From: Flavobacterium sp. | GTDB taxonomy: Bacteria > Bacteroidota > Bacteroidia > Flavobacteriales > Flavobacteriaceae | Direction: 5' to 3' | Assembly (NCBI GenBank): GCA_030151565.1 | Contig: JASLDM010000060.1 | Coordinates: forward strand, 13,207 to 77,206 | Length of the DNA: 64,000 nt | Part shown: positions 1 through 8,924 of the stretch, in pieces | Position numbering within the stretch: position 1 is the first letter of the stretch | How the letters are laid out: each line of letters starts with the position of its first letter | The notes under the pieces: model-generated | What the model was told of the DNA's origin: nothing | The model's input: the letters and a program-made list of their open reading frames with translations, nothing else | Database searches by the model: none | Position numbers and translations under genes: made by a program

Positions 1-169
1 CATAACACGCAAGTAAAGGGAGTTTCGTTAGTTTGGAAAACTCGTAGATGCTAAATAATAAAAAGAAAGCAAATAATAATTGGAAGCTTATCTCAGAATA
101 TAGTGTGGCACCAATGAGTAGTACAATATAAACTATCCCAGAAAGGGCTCTGGTTAGGTTTTCAGACAT
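1..169 (-). CDS. cdsA: phosphatidate cytidylyltransferase (CdsA-like), N-terminal fragment running off the window edge
   Basis: The reverse strand has ATG at 167-169, then MSENLTRALSGIVYIVLLIGATLYSEISFQLLFAFFLLFSIYEFSKL..., a hydrophobic CdsA-type N-terminus. Its position after ftsH and the LUD gene matches the usual flavobacterial order. It is absent from the ORF track because it is truncated. Confidence 0.45.
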   Translation of the reverse strand, partial: MSENLTRALSGIVYIVLLIGATLYSEISFQLLFAFFLLFSIYEFSKLTKLPLLACY

Positions 170-170
170 C

Positions 171-773
171 TTATAAATCTTCTAAAAGTAATAAATATAA
201 ATTTTTAGGAGCGCTACCATAGTTTAAAAAACTATCATTATCGGTAGGACTAAAACATTTGATAGCCGTAATGTTACTAGGGAATTCTGTTAAATATTTA
301 TTTTTTATTTCTCTTAAACCGTCACTTTTGTTTCTTGTAATTTGACTAGTCTTTGCAAGTACAATAATGTTATTAGGTAATTCAGGTGTTTTTAGATGAG
401 CTAATTGATTTGATGAAAAAAGAACAGATCCTTCATCAGCGATTAAGCTTTCACAAGTTGCAATGAAAAAAACAGGATTTAAAGAGCTTCGATATGTAAT
501 TCGATTATCTTGTAACAAAGGAAAAAGTTGGTTTTCAAAAGTTAAGGCTTCTGTTTCAAACCAATCATTTTCAACCAAAATGTTTACAAAAGCTTCTTGT
601 ACTTCTTCTTCAGTTTCACAATACAGAAATTTGCCACCATTTTGTCTAAAGTTCATAGTAAACTCTTCGTCAATAGGTAGTTCTATTTCGGGAAGGTATT
701 GGCTTTCTTTTGGAGCGCCGACTTCTTCGGGATTGTTGAAAATGCCTTTAAAGATTTTTTTAAAAAAACTCAT
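171..773 (-). CDS. LUD (lactate-utilisation LutC/YkgG-like) domain protein
   Basis: Track ORF 171..812. I prefer the internal ATG at 773 (MSFFKKIF...) because a TAnnTTTG box (reverse-strand TATCTTTG, 810-817) and the ftsH terminator overlap the longer form. The length and the C-terminal GSAPKNLYLLLLED-type ending resemble LUD-domain proteins. Confidence 0.6.
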   Translation of the reverse strand: MSFFKKIFKGIFNNPEEVGAPKESQYLPEIELPIDEEFTMNFRQNGGKFLYCETEEEVQEAFVNILVENDWFETEALTFENQLFPLLQDNRITYRSSLNPVFFIATCESLIADEGSVLFSSNQLAHLKTPELPNNIIVLAKTSQITRNKSDGLREIKNKYLTEFPSNITAIKCFSPTDNDSFLNYGSAPKNLYLLLLEDL

Positions 774-809
774 ATAATCGATTAGAGAAATGATATTCGT
801 TTCGAAGTT

Positions 810-817
810 CAAAGATA
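810..817 (-). promoter_or_regulatory. Bacteroidota -7 box (TATCTTTG) for the LUD-domain gene
   Basis: The reverse complement of caaagata matches TAnnTTTG. It lies 37 nt upstream of ATG 773. Confidence 0.4.
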
Positions 818-855
818 AAAAAAATCTTAACTTAAAGTAGTGTTTAAGTTAAGAT
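817..855 (-). terminator. intrinsic terminator after ftsH
   Basis: A 13-bp stem (ATCTTAACTTAAA / TTTAAGTTAAGAT) has the loop GTAGTG. A U-run follows on the minus strand (A-run 817-823). Confidence 0.8.
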
Positions 856-882
856 TTTTGTAGTTAAAATTAAGGAGGTAAG

Positions 883-2820
883 TTATTCAGTTTCTGTGCT
901 TATAACTTCTTCCTCTTTATCAAAAGGTCTTTTTCCAAAAATAGTTTCTAAATCTTTTTTGAAGATTACTTCCTTCTCGCAAAGCAAGTCTGCCAATTGA
1001 ACAAGTTTTTCTTTGTTATCTGATAAGATCTGTTGAGCTCTTTCATATTGACCTTCAATCAAAGCAGAAATTTCAATATCAATTGTTCTAGCAGTTTCCT
1101 CAGAATATGGTTTTCCAAAATTATATTCGTTCTGACCAGACGAATCGTAATACGTTACGTTTCCAATTTTATCATTTAAACCATAGATGGTAACCATTGC
1201 TTTTGCTTGTTTCGCTACTTTTTCTAAGTCGCTTAATGCTCCAGTAGATATTTTGTCAAAAACAATCTTTTCTGCAGCTCTACCACCCATTGTAGCACAC
1301 ATTTCGTCTAGCATTTGTTCTGTTCTCACAATAGAGCGCTCTGCTGGTAAGTACCAAGCAGCCCCTAAACTTTGACCTCTAGGTACAATGGTAACTTTTA
1401 CTAATGGAGCCGCGTGTTCTAGCATCCAGCTTACTGTTGCGTGTCCAGCTTCGTGTATTGCAATAGCGTAACGTTCTTCTGGAGTGATGATTTTATTTTT
1501 CTTTTCTAAACCACCGATAATACGGTCTACGGCATCCAAGAAATCTTGCATATCAACTTCTTTCTTGTCTTTTCTAGCTGCAGTTAAAGCCGCTTCGTTA
1601 CAAACGTTCGCAATGTCTGCTCCTGAAAAACCAGGTGTTTGTTTTGCTAAAAAGTCTACGTCTAAGTTGTCTACTTTTTTAATGTTTCTTAAATGAACTT
1701 CAAAAATAGCCTCACGTTCTTTTACGTCTGGAAGGTCAACATAAATCTGTCTGTCAAAACGTCCAGCTCTTAAAAGGGCTTTGTCTAAAACTTCAGCTCT
1801 ATTTGTTGCTGCTAAAACAATTACGTTAGTTTGAGATCCAAAACCATCCATTTCGGTAAGTAGTTGGTTTAAAGTGTTTTCTCTTTCGTCGTTAGACCCT
1901 GAGAAGTTGCTTTTTCCACGTGCACGACCTACAGCGTCAATTTCGTCAATAAAAATAATTGCTGGTGATTTTTCTTTAGCTTGTTTGAACAAGTCACGAA
2001 CTCGTGATGCTCCAACTCCAACAAACATTTCAACAAAGTCAGATCCTGAAAGTGAGAAGAAAGGTACTTTAGCTTCACCTGCAACAGCTTTAGCTAATAA
2101 TGTTTTACCTGTACCTGGAGGTCCTACTAGTAAAGCTCCTTTAGGTATTTTTCCTCCAATAGATGTGTATTTTTCAGGGTTTTTCAAGAATTCTACAATC
2201 TCTACAATTTCTTCTTTTGCTCCTTCTAGTCCAGCTACATCTTTAAAAGTTACTTTTACATCGTTTTTTTCATCGAATAATTTCGCTTTAGACTTTCCAA
2301 TAGAGAAGATTTGGCCACCGCCACCGCCAGCACCGCCACCAGTCATTCTACGCATCATAAAAAGCCAGAAACCTATTATGATAATAATTGGTAGCATACT
2401 AAAGAATACATCGCCCCAGTTGCTTTCTGGTTCTGATTTGTATTCATTGATTTTACCTTGAGAGGCTGCTTCATCTAATTTCTTTTGGAACAACTCAGAG
2501 TTTCCGATGTCAGTTAAAAACTGAGGACCTGTGTTGTCTTTGCCTAGGATGCTCTTTTTTTGTAATTTTTCAAATTCACTATTCTTTAAGGCATCTTCTG
2601 TAAGATATACCTTCGCAATAGAACGATTGAATTCTACTTTTTCTACATAAGAAGAATCTAAGTACTGATAAAATTTAGACAAACTCAATTGTTTTGAATC
2701 TCCAAAACTACTTCCGTTTGCCAAGAAGTTAATCACCACGATGATTACTAAAACACTTCCGTAAAGAATCCACGGATTGAATTTAGGTTTGTTGGTATTA
2801 GGTTTGATATTTTTAGACAT
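883..2820 (-). CDS. ftsH: ATP-dependent zinc metalloprotease FtsH
   Basis: The 645-aa product has Walker A GPPGTGKT, Walker [10 protein letters not shown], the AAA second region of homology, the zinc motif HEAGHA, N-terminal TM segments and a Gly-rich linker. Confidence 0.97.
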   Translation of the reverse strand: MSKNIKPNTNKPKFNPWILYGSVLVIIVVINFLANGSSFGDSKQLSLSKFYQYLDSSYVEKVEFNRSIAKVYLTEDALKNSEFEKLQKKSILGKDNTGPQFLTDIGNSELFQKKLDEAASQGKINEYKSEPESNWGDVFFSMLPIIIIIGFWLFMMRRMTGGGAGGGGGQIFSIGKSKAKLFDEKNDVKVTFKDVAGLEGAKEEIVEIVEFLKNPEKYTSIGGKIPKGALLVGPPGTGKTLLAKAVAGEAKVPFFSLSGSDFVEMFVGVGASRVRDLFKQAKEKSPAIIFIDEIDAVGRARGKSNFSGSNDERENTLNQLLTEMDGFGSQTNVIVLAATNRAEVLDKALLRAGRFDRQIYVDLPDVKEREAIFEVHLRNIKKVDNLDVDFLAKQTPGFSGADIANVCNEAALTAARKDKKEVDMQDFLDAVDRIIGGLEKKNKIITPEERYAIAIHEAGHATVSWMLEHAAPLVKVTIVPRGQSLGAAWYLPAERSIVRTEQMLDEMCATMGGRAAEKIVFDKISTGALSDLEKVAKQAKAMVTIYGLNDKIGNVTYYDSSGQNEYNFGKPYSEETARTIDIEISALIEGQYERAQQILSDNKEKLVQLADLLCEKEVIFKKDLETIFGKRPFDKEEEVISTETE

Positions 2821-2846
2821 GAAGTATGTTTAAAATTAATGAAGTT

Positions 2847-3218
2847 TTAATATTGGGTATTGATCACCGTAGTTTTGGCGTCGCCCCAAAGGCTTTCGAT
2901 TCTATAATATTCACGAATATTTTTTTGAAATACGTGAACCACTATGTTTACATAATCCATTAATATCCATTCTGCATTTTCTTGACCTTCTACGTGCCAA
3001 GGTTTGTCGTGTAATTCTTTTGATACTATTTTCTGTACAGAAGAGGCAATTGCATTAACTTGTGTATTTGATTTTCCATCGCAAATAATGAAATAGTCAC
3101 AAGGTGTGTTGTCGATTGCTCTTAAATCAAGAATATTGATATTTTCTCCTTTTACTTCCTCGATCCCTTTTATGATATTTGCTAGTAAATCGTCGTTGTT
3201 GATGTTTTTAACTGTCAT
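2847..3218 (-). CDS. rsfS: ribosome silencing factor RsfS
   Basis: The product is 123 aa. The DYFIICDGKSNTQVNAIA and WILMDYVNIVVHVF motifs are typical of the RsfS/YbeB/iojap family. It lies immediately upstream of ftsH on the same strand. Confidence 0.85.
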   Translation of the reverse strand: MTVKNINNDDLLANIIKGIEEVKGENINILDLRAIDNTPCDYFIICDGKSNTQVNAIASSVQKIVSKELHDKPWHVEGQENAEWILMDYVNIVVHVFQKNIREYYRIESLWGDAKTTVINTQY

Positions 3219-3238
3219 TTATTTTTTATGTATTTTTA

Positions 3239-3246
3239 CAAAGTTA
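3239..3246 (-). promoter_or_regulatory. Bacteroidota -7 box (TAACTTTG) for rsfS-ftsH
   Basis: The reverse complement of caaagtta matches TAnnTTTG. It lies 21 nt upstream of the rsfS ATG. Confidence 0.4.
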
Positions 3247-3259
3247 TCATTTTTGTAGC

Positions 3260-3267
3260 TAATTTTG
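3260..3267 (+). promoter_or_regulatory. Bacteroidota -7 box (TAATTTTG) for birA
   Basis: It matches TAnnTTTG. It lies 46 nt upstream of the birA ATG. Confidence 0.35.
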
Positions 3268-3313
3268 GTATCAAATATATGAATCACTTCTAATTATTCC
3301 ACATTTATTTCTA

Positions 3314-4045
3314 ATGAATATTATCAAACTCGATGCCATAGGTTCTACGAATGTTTATTTAAAGGATTTATTGTCACATCAAAACTTATCAAACTTCACG
3401 GTTGTCATCACTGAAAGTCAAACAGATGGTAAAGGACAGCGCGGTTCTAAATGGAGTTCGGAGAAGGGTAGTAATCTAACGTTTAGTGTGTTAATGAAGA
3501 ATCTTTTGTTGGATATAGCTTCTATTTATGATCTGAATGTATTGGTTGCTTTAAGCGTTCTTAAGGCTGTGAAAAAAGAAGGAATTGGTACGGGGCGTAT
3601 CAAATGGCCTAACGACATTTTGGCAGGTAATAAAAAAATTGGCGGGATATTAATTGAAAATATTATAAAATCTGACGGAGAAATTCTTTCGATTGTTGGA
3701 ATTGGATTAAATGTTAATCAAAAAGATTTTAGTGAATTTCCTCAAGCGAGTTCGTTAGCGGTTCAGTTAGGGAGAAACTTTGACAAAGAAGATTTGTTCT
3801 ATAAAATATTGGAAAATCTTTATTTCTATTTCAACGCTCTTAGGAATGGAGGCAAACGTGCAATCTGGAAAGAGTATCATGAACATTTATATAAAATAAA
3901 TACGCCTATGGCTTTTGAATTGCCTAATGGGTATCGATTTATGGGCATTATACAAGAAGTCAACCAAGAAGGAGCTCTATTGGTGAAGCTTGAAAATGAT
4001 ACGATTGAAAAGTTTTATATGAAAGAAGTAAAAATGCTTTATTAA
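3314..4045 (+). CDS. birA: biotin--[acetyl-CoA-carboxylase] ligase (group I BirA, no N-terminal HTH)
   Basis: The product is 243 aa. It carries the GKGQRGSKW biotin-binding loop and the KWPNDIL...KIGGILIE motifs of biotin protein ligases. Confidence 0.85.
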   Translation: MNIIKLDAIGSTNVYLKDLLSHQNLSNFTVVITESQTDGKGQRGSKWSSEKGSNLTFSVLMKNLLLDIASIYDLNVLVALSVLKAVKKEGIGTGRIKWPNDILAGNKKIGGILIENIIKSDGEILSIVGIGLNVNQKDFSEFPQASSLAVQLGRNFDKEDLFYKILENLYFYFNALRNGGKRAIWKEYHEHLYKINTPMAFELPNGYRFMGIIQEVNQEGALLVKLENDTIEKFYMKEVKMLY

Positions 4046-4058
4046 AAATAAAGCATTT
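4032..4058. terminator. shared hairpin between convergent birA and msrB
   Basis: An 11-bp AT-rich stem (AAATGCTTTAT / ATAAAGCATTT) overlaps both stop codons. Confidence 0.5.
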
Positions 4059-4527
4059 ATTTAGTTTCCTTGAATTGGAGCGATATTGAATTCATACAAT
4101 AACGCATACCAGTTGTTTCGGCAGGTCCGTCGTTAAACACGTGGCCCAAGTGACTTTGGCAGTTTGAGCACACTACTTCTGTGCGTAGCATCCCGTGAGA
4201 GCGATCTTCTATGTAAGAAACCGATCCCTTTAGGGCTTCATCAAAAGAAGGCCAACCACAATGTGCGTTGAATTTAGTTTCAGAGTTAAAAAGTTTTTGT
4301 CCACAACCTTTGCAATGATAACTTCCTTCAGAATCAAAGTCATTGTATTCTCCTGTAAACGGACGTTCAGTTCCCTTTTGTCTTAACACGTAGTATTCTT
4401 CGGGAGTTAATTTTTCCTCCCAATCTTTTTCTGTAAACTCTTGCATTACTTTATCGTTTTTTACGGAACTGTTTTTGCACGCTCCTAGAAAGATTAAAGA
4501 TATTAAAAAAATATAGCGTAGTAACAT
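4057..4527 (-). CDS. msrB: peptide-methionine (R)-S-oxide reductase MsrB with a lipoprotein signal peptide
   Basis: The SelR core is present: two CxxC pairs (CKGCGQKLF, CSNCQSHLGHVF) and RYCMNS. The N-terminus LISLIFLGAC has a lipobox. Confidence 0.9.
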   Translation of the reverse strand: MLLRYIFLISLIFLGACKNSSVKNDKVMQEFTEKDWEEKLTPEEYYVLRQKGTERPFTGEYNDFDSEGSYHCKGCGQKLFNSETKFNAHCGWPSFDEALKGSVSYIEDRSHGMLRTEVVCSNCQSHLGHVFNDGPAETTGMRYCMNSISLQFKETK

Positions 4528-5390
4528 TATTCTGATAGGAATGAACGAATGTTTGCGATTACTTTTTTATCGCCCAATATTTTTCTGTGTCCTAGCTTTT
4601 TGGTGATCATTAACTGGCCTAGTGACAGATTCTGATAGATGTTATGGGCTGCTTTTACAGGAACATCTTTATCATCTTCGTCATGAATTACCAATACTGG
4701 GATTTTTACATTCTTAGCCGCTTCGTGTACGCAATAGCTTGCCATAGTTTGGTTAAACTGCTCTTCAAAGCGCTTTTTCATTTTATCAGCAACTACTTGT
4801 TTAAGTTCAAGTTGTTTAACAAAATCATCTATAATGTCTTCAACAACATCGCCACTTCCTAAAAGGACAGCCTTCTTAGCTTTTAGTCCTTGGTTTAAAG
4901 CATTCATGGTTGTCATTCCGCCTAAGGAGTGCCCGATTACCAAGTCAAAAGGGCCGTATTTCTTTTCCAAAGCAAAGCAAGTAGCAATGAATTCGGTCAT
5001 ATTTGTTTTGCTTTTAGGTGCTTTACCGTGGCCAGGTGCATCAAAGCTAATTGTTGAATAACCTTGCTCTAGTAGCATATTGGCAATAGTAACTAATTGC
5101 GTTCCTCTACCATTCCAACCGTGTATTAATAGTGCTTTTTTTGAGCTTGAGCCATAGTGATAAGCAACTATGTCTTTGTTTATTGATGGTACGTGTACTT
5201 TGGTTTGACTACTGTTTTCCAGCATTTCCAATTCTCTTTTAGGAGTTTTGAATTTTAATGGCGTGATAAATAGGTTTTGAGCAAATGAGGTTGCCCAGTT
5301 AGTAGAGAAAAACTGTATAAATTGGCCTAAATGGATGATAGATTTAGGTATTTCTAACGATTGTTGATGGCCGTTTTTTTCCGGTTGCAT
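4527..5390 (-). CDS. alpha/beta hydrolase
   Basis: The nucleophile elbow is GHSLGG and an HGWNG oxyanion region is present. The track form starts at TTG 5408; ATG 5390 (MQPEK...) seems more likely. Its stop overlaps the msrB start by 1 nt (TAATG). Confidence 0.7.
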   Translation of the reverse strand: MQPEKNGHQQSLEIPKSIIHLGQFIQFFSTNWATSFAQNLFITPLKFKTPKRELEMLENSSQTKVHVPSINKDIVAYHYGSSSKKALLIHGWNGRGTQLVTIANMLLEQGYSTISFDAPGHGKAPKSKTNMTEFIATCFALEKKYGPFDLVIGHSLGGMTTMNALNQGLKAKKAVLLGSGDVVEDIIDDFVKQLELKQVVADKMKKRFEEQFNQTMASYCVHEAAKNVKIPVLVIHDEDDKDVPVKAAHNIYQNLSLGQLMITKKLGHRKILGDKKVIANIRSFLSE

Positions 5391-5503
5391 GGTACTTATT
5401 TTTGACAAAAGTACACAAAAAAAACAGGAACCATTTGTGTTTCCTGTTTGTAAATATTGTGAGTTACTTTTTTTAATACTATTTTTGACTTAAAAAATAG
5501 AAG

Positions 5504-6313
5504 ATGAAGAAAATTTTGTTTAGCGCTTTAATTGCTGCTATGGTAATGTCGTGTGCGACTAATCCTTTCACGGGATCTAAAACAATGGCTTTGGTAAGTG
5601 ATAGTTCCTTATTTCCAACTTCTTTTCAACAATATGACTCTTTCTTGAAAGAACATAAAGTTATAAAAGGTACAAAAGATGCACAACGTGTTGAAGTTGT
5701 AGGGAAAAGAATCAAAGAAGCAGCGGAAAAATGGTTAAATGCTAACGGATATAAAGGGTATTTAGATGGGTATCGTTGGGATTATAACTTGGTTGATGAT
5801 AAAGAAGTAAATGCTTGGTGTATGCCTGGTGGTAAAATTGTTTTTTATACAGGTATTTTACCAATCTGTCAAGATGATGCGGGAATTGCAACTGTAATGG
5901 GGCACGAAGTAGCGCACGCATTAGCAAATCACGGACAGCAACGTATGAGTGCTAGTATGCTTCAGGGAGCAGGAGCAGAGATATTGGATGCAGCAACTTC
6001 AGGTAAAACTTCGGAAACAAAACAATTGTTTCAGATGGCATACGGAGGTGGTTCACAAGTTTTAGGTATGCTTCCTTTTAGCAGAAAGCACGAAACTGAA
6101 GCAGATAAAATCGGACTTACTTTAATGGCTATCGCGGGATACAATCCTGAAACGGCTGTTGCTTTCTGGTCAAGAATGGCTGCAAATTCAGGTGGTGGTG
6201 ATGGTTCTGATTTCTTGAGTACACACCCAAGTAACCAATCAAGAATTGCTAATTTACAGAAATTAATACCTGAAGCTAGGGCTGAAGCTGCTAAGTTTGG
6301 GGTTAAGTTTTAA
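5504..6313 (+). CDS. M48 family metallopeptidase, lipoprotein
   Basis: It has the HEVAHAL zinc motif with a downstream E (ETEADKIG), a signal peptide with the lipobox VMSCA, and a length of 269 aa. Confidence 0.8.
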   Translation: MKKILFSALIAAMVMSCATNPFTGSKTMALVSDSSLFPTSFQQYDSFLKEHKVIKGTKDAQRVEVVGKRIKEAAEKWLNANGYKGYLDGYRWDYNLVDDKEVNAWCMPGGKIVFYTGILPICQDDAGIATVMGHEVAHALANHGQQRMSASMLQGAGAEILDAATSGKTSETKQLFQMAYGGGSQVLGMLPFSRKHETEADKIGLTLMAIAGYNPETAVAFWSRMAANSGGGDGSDFLSTHPSNQSRIANLQKLIPEARAEAAKFGVKF

Positions 6314-6323
6314 TTCTATCATA

Positions 6324-6348
6324 AAGCTGTCGTTTAGACAGCTTTTTT
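6324..6348 (+). terminator. intrinsic terminator after the M48 peptidase gene
   Basis: The stem AAGCTGTC / GACAGCTT is followed by T6. Confidence 0.7.
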
Positions 6349-6359
6349 AATGACTCAAT

Positions 6360-7664
6360 ATGCAGAAATTTACAAAAGGGGATAAGAAAGTGCTTCACGC
6401 TTGGGCTTTTTATGATTGGGCTAATTCGGTGTATGCGTTGGTGATCTCGTCGTCGATTTTTCCACTTTATTATGGCGCATTGTTTCGAGCCCAAGACTTG
6501 GATTCTTATCCAATATTTGGAATGGAAATAAGAAGCGAATCTATCGTGAGTTACGTTACAGCCTTAGGGTTTCTGTTGATAGCAATTGGCTCTCCTTTTT
6601 TATCGGGAATAGCAGATTACTTAGGTACAAAGAAGTTTTTTTTAAAGCTTTTTTGTTGGGTAGGATCTTTGTCTTGTATGTTATTATATTTTTTTTCTTT
6701 GGAAAATTTGGTACTAAGTTTATTTGTTTATATGATGGCTTTGATCGGTTTTTGGGGAAGTTTAGTTTTTTATAATTCGTATTTGCCAGATATTGCTTTT
6801 CCAGAACAGCAAGATAAATTAAGTGCCAAAGGCTATGGATTAGGGTATGTTGGAAGTGTAATATTACTCTTGATCAACCTTGTAATGTTGCTAAAGTATG
6901 AGTCGTTTGGATTTGAATCCGAATTGGATGCTATGCGTGTTTCGTTTGTAATGGTTGGTATATGGTGGTTAGGCTTTAGTCAGTATACCTATAAGTATCT
7001 TCCCGATTTTAAGAATAGTAACAAGATTACTTCAGCCGTATTTTTGTCAGGATTCAAAGAGTTGCAAAAAGTATGGCAAATGCTATCTTCACATTTAGTA
7101 TTGAAAAAATATTTGGCTGCCTTTTTTGTATACAGTATGGCCGTGCAAACCGTAATGATTATTGCTGTATATTTTGGAGAAAAAGAAGTGGCTTGGACAA
7201 GTGATAGTCAGCGTACTTCGGGGTTGATTATCAGTATTTTGCTAATTCAGCTAATAGCGATATTAGGAGCTTATTTAACCTCCTTACTTTCTTCTAAAAT
7301 TGGAAATATCAATACTTTGGTTGTAATTAATGTTTTGTGGATATTAATCTGTGTATACGCCTTTTTTGTTGTAACACCGGAAGAGTTTTATCTAACAGCT
7401 GGATTTGTAGGATTGGTTATGGGAGGCATACAGTCGCTTTCAAGATCTACTTACTCTAAGTTGTTGCCTGAAACCAAGGATACTACTTCTTTTTTTAGTT
7501 TCTATGATGTGACAGAAAAAATAGGAATTGTTATAGGTATGTTCTTATATGGATACATTGCAGATATAACGGGAAAAATGCAAAATGCTATTTTGTTTTT
7601 AATTGTATTTTTTGTTGTTGGAGTTTTTCTCTTGTTGCGAATTCCTAAAAAGAGTAGAATTTAA
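6360..7664 (+). CDS. MFS transporter (UMF1/Atg22-like family)
   Basis: The product is 434 aa with about 12 hydrophobic segments. The N-terminal WAFYDWANSVY signature is typical of UMF1-type MFS proteins. Confidence 0.7.
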   Translation: MQKFTKGDKKVLHAWAFYDWANSVYALVISSSIFPLYYGALFRAQDLDSYPIFGMEIRSESIVSYVTALGFLLIAIGSPFLSGIADYLGTKKFFLKLFCWVGSLSCMLLYFFSLENLVLSLFVYMMALIGFWGSLVFYNSYLPDIAFPEQQDKLSAKGYGLGYVGSVILLLINLVMLLKYESFGFESELDAMRVSFVMVGIWWLGFSQYTYKYLPDFKNSNKITSAVFLSGFKELQKVWQMLSSHLVLKKYLAAFFVYSMAVQTVMIIAVYFGEKEVAWTSDSQRTSGLIISILLIQLIAILGAYLTSLLSSKIGNINTLVVINVLWILICVYAFFVVTPEEFYLTAGFVGLVMGGIQSLSRSTYSKLLPETKDTTSFFSFYDVTEKIGIVIGMFLYGYIADITGKMQNAILFLIVFFVVGVFLLLRIPKKSRI

Positions 7665-7770
7665 ACAAAATTCGAATTTAAATTTAAATAAAAAAAAATG
7701 TAGTTGGGGTTAGTGTAAAAAAGATTCGGATATTTTCAGGATATTTAACATAATTTTTATTGAAATTATA

Positions 7771-7778
7771 TATATTTG
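7771..7778 (+). promoter_or_regulatory. Bacteroidota -7 box (TATATTTG) for lipoprotein gene 7807
   Basis: It matches TAnnTTTG. It lies 28 nt upstream of the ATG. Confidence 0.4.
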
Positions 7779-7806
7779 ACACCGCACTACCAAATCAGAT
7801 CAAATT

Positions 7807-8682
7807 ATGAAAAAAACAGCACTATTGCTATCTTTTTGCTTCGCATTGATAAGCTTCTCTATGTTGACATCATGTGATGAAGAGTCGATTGAAGAAGTAT
7901 TACTAAATCCAGAACTTGTTGGTGAGTCCATCGTTAGAGTTCAGGCGAATGATACTTTAATTATTAGAAAAAATATCATTGGACTCGTAAATCAAGAAGG
8001 TAAATTTACTTTTAAAGTTGATTTAGAAGGCGGAGACTTTTTAGTTATAAATACAGAAATGTTTGAAAAAGGGGCATATCCTACAAACATAAATGTAGCA
8101 AGTTATTTTTATGCAGATTTGCAAGATAACGGATACTCTATCAATATTAAACAACCTGAGTTTTTAACAGGGCTTATTAAAATTGAGTCGATTAATAAAG
8201 TGGCTCACGTTTTAGACGGTAGCTTTAAATTTAAAATATACCCTCCGGCAGAGAATTCTTTAAATTTAAGACCGTTTACTATTGAAGGAGATTTTGAAAA
8301 CTTAAAATATGCGCGTGCTGAGCAAGAATATTTTGAAGCGATGCTAAATGGTGTGAAATATAAAAACAATGCACAAAGCGCTCGAGTAGTTGAAAATACT
8401 ATAGAAGTGAAAGCAGTAAATAGTTTGACTGAGGAAGATTTAGTATTGACTTTTTCAAAAGATATCGAAGTAGGTACTTATGGAGGACAGTCTTTTACAG
8501 GAATGTATAAATCGACTGCAGGTGTAGTTTATACTACTTTTGAAGATTTAGGTCCCAATGTATTGCGTGTTAAATCTAACAACGGTAGTAAAATTGATGC
8601 AACTTTTTCAATGAAGTTGAGAAGTGCAACCGGAAATGTAATTGAAATAAACCAAGGGGAATTTAAATTGACTTACAATTAA
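7807..8682 (+). CDS. hypothetical lipoprotein
   Basis: The signal peptide has the lipobox MLTSCDEE. A TATATTTG -7 box precedes it and a strong terminator follows. I recognise no family. Confidence 0.6.
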   Translation: MKKTALLLSFCFALISFSMLTSCDEESIEEVLLNPELVGESIVRVQANDTLIIRKNIIGLVNQEGKFTFKVDLEGGDFLVINTEMFEKGAYPTNINVASYFYADLQDNGYSINIKQPEFLTGLIKIESINKVAHVLDGSFKFKIYPPAENSLNLRPFTIEGDFENLKYARAEQEYFEAMLNGVKYKNNAQSARVVENTIEVKAVNSLTEEDLVLTFSKDIEVGTYGGQSFTGMYKSTAGVVYTTFEDLGPNVLRVKSNNGSKIDATFSMKLRSATGNVIEINQGEFKLTYN

Positions 8683-8708
8683 TTATACTTGTGTTTTAAA
8701 ATAAAGAA

Positions 8709-8738
8709 AAGCCCACAACTACAATGTGGGCTTTTTTT
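8709..8738 (+). terminator. intrinsic terminator after lipoprotein gene 7807-8682
   Basis: The stem GCCCACA / TGTGGGC is followed by T7. Confidence 0.8.
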
Positions 8739-8885
8739 ATATTCAAAAATTAGGGTTTGATAGCGTGCTATTTCTAATTCGAAAATACTGTCAATTTGCA
8801 TGTAAATCGAAGGGAGATCGTGATAAAAGTGATTGTTTTGGCCTCAAATGCACTAAAAAACGATGTTTTTTTAGAGATAAATCTT

Positions 8886-8924
8886 TGTAAACCCCTGTAA
8901 ACCCCGATGTTTTTGGAGGTTTAC
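8886..8924. repeat. tandem 10-mer TGTAAACCCC x2 plus an inverted partial copy (GGAGGTTTAC)
   Basis: Read directly from the sequence. Perfect copies sit at 8886-8895 and 8896-8905. The reverse complement of 8915-8924 is GTAAACCTCC. Confidence 0.85.

Noticed and set aside
2315-2340. A short GC-rich tandem-like repeat, ccaccgccaccgccagcaccgccacc.
   Set aside because: It encodes the poly-Gly linker (GGGAGGGGG) between the FtsH TM and AAA domains. It is not a noncoding repeat or a CRISPR-like unit.
1874-2461. A 195-aa ORF on the + strand inside ftsH. Similar antisense ORFs occur at 463-777, 1187-1375, 1484-1696, 4644-5061, 10170-10379, 11241-11701, 24548-25093, 26474-26698, 36211-36675, 37864-38212, 38574-38954, 41936-42280, 46932-47246, 59501-59746 and 62316-62881.
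   Set aside because: All of them lie fully inside strongly supported genes on the opposite strand. They have low-complexity Ser/Pro/Ile-rich composition and no recognisable motifs. They are the expected mirror-frame artefacts of AT-rich coding DNA.
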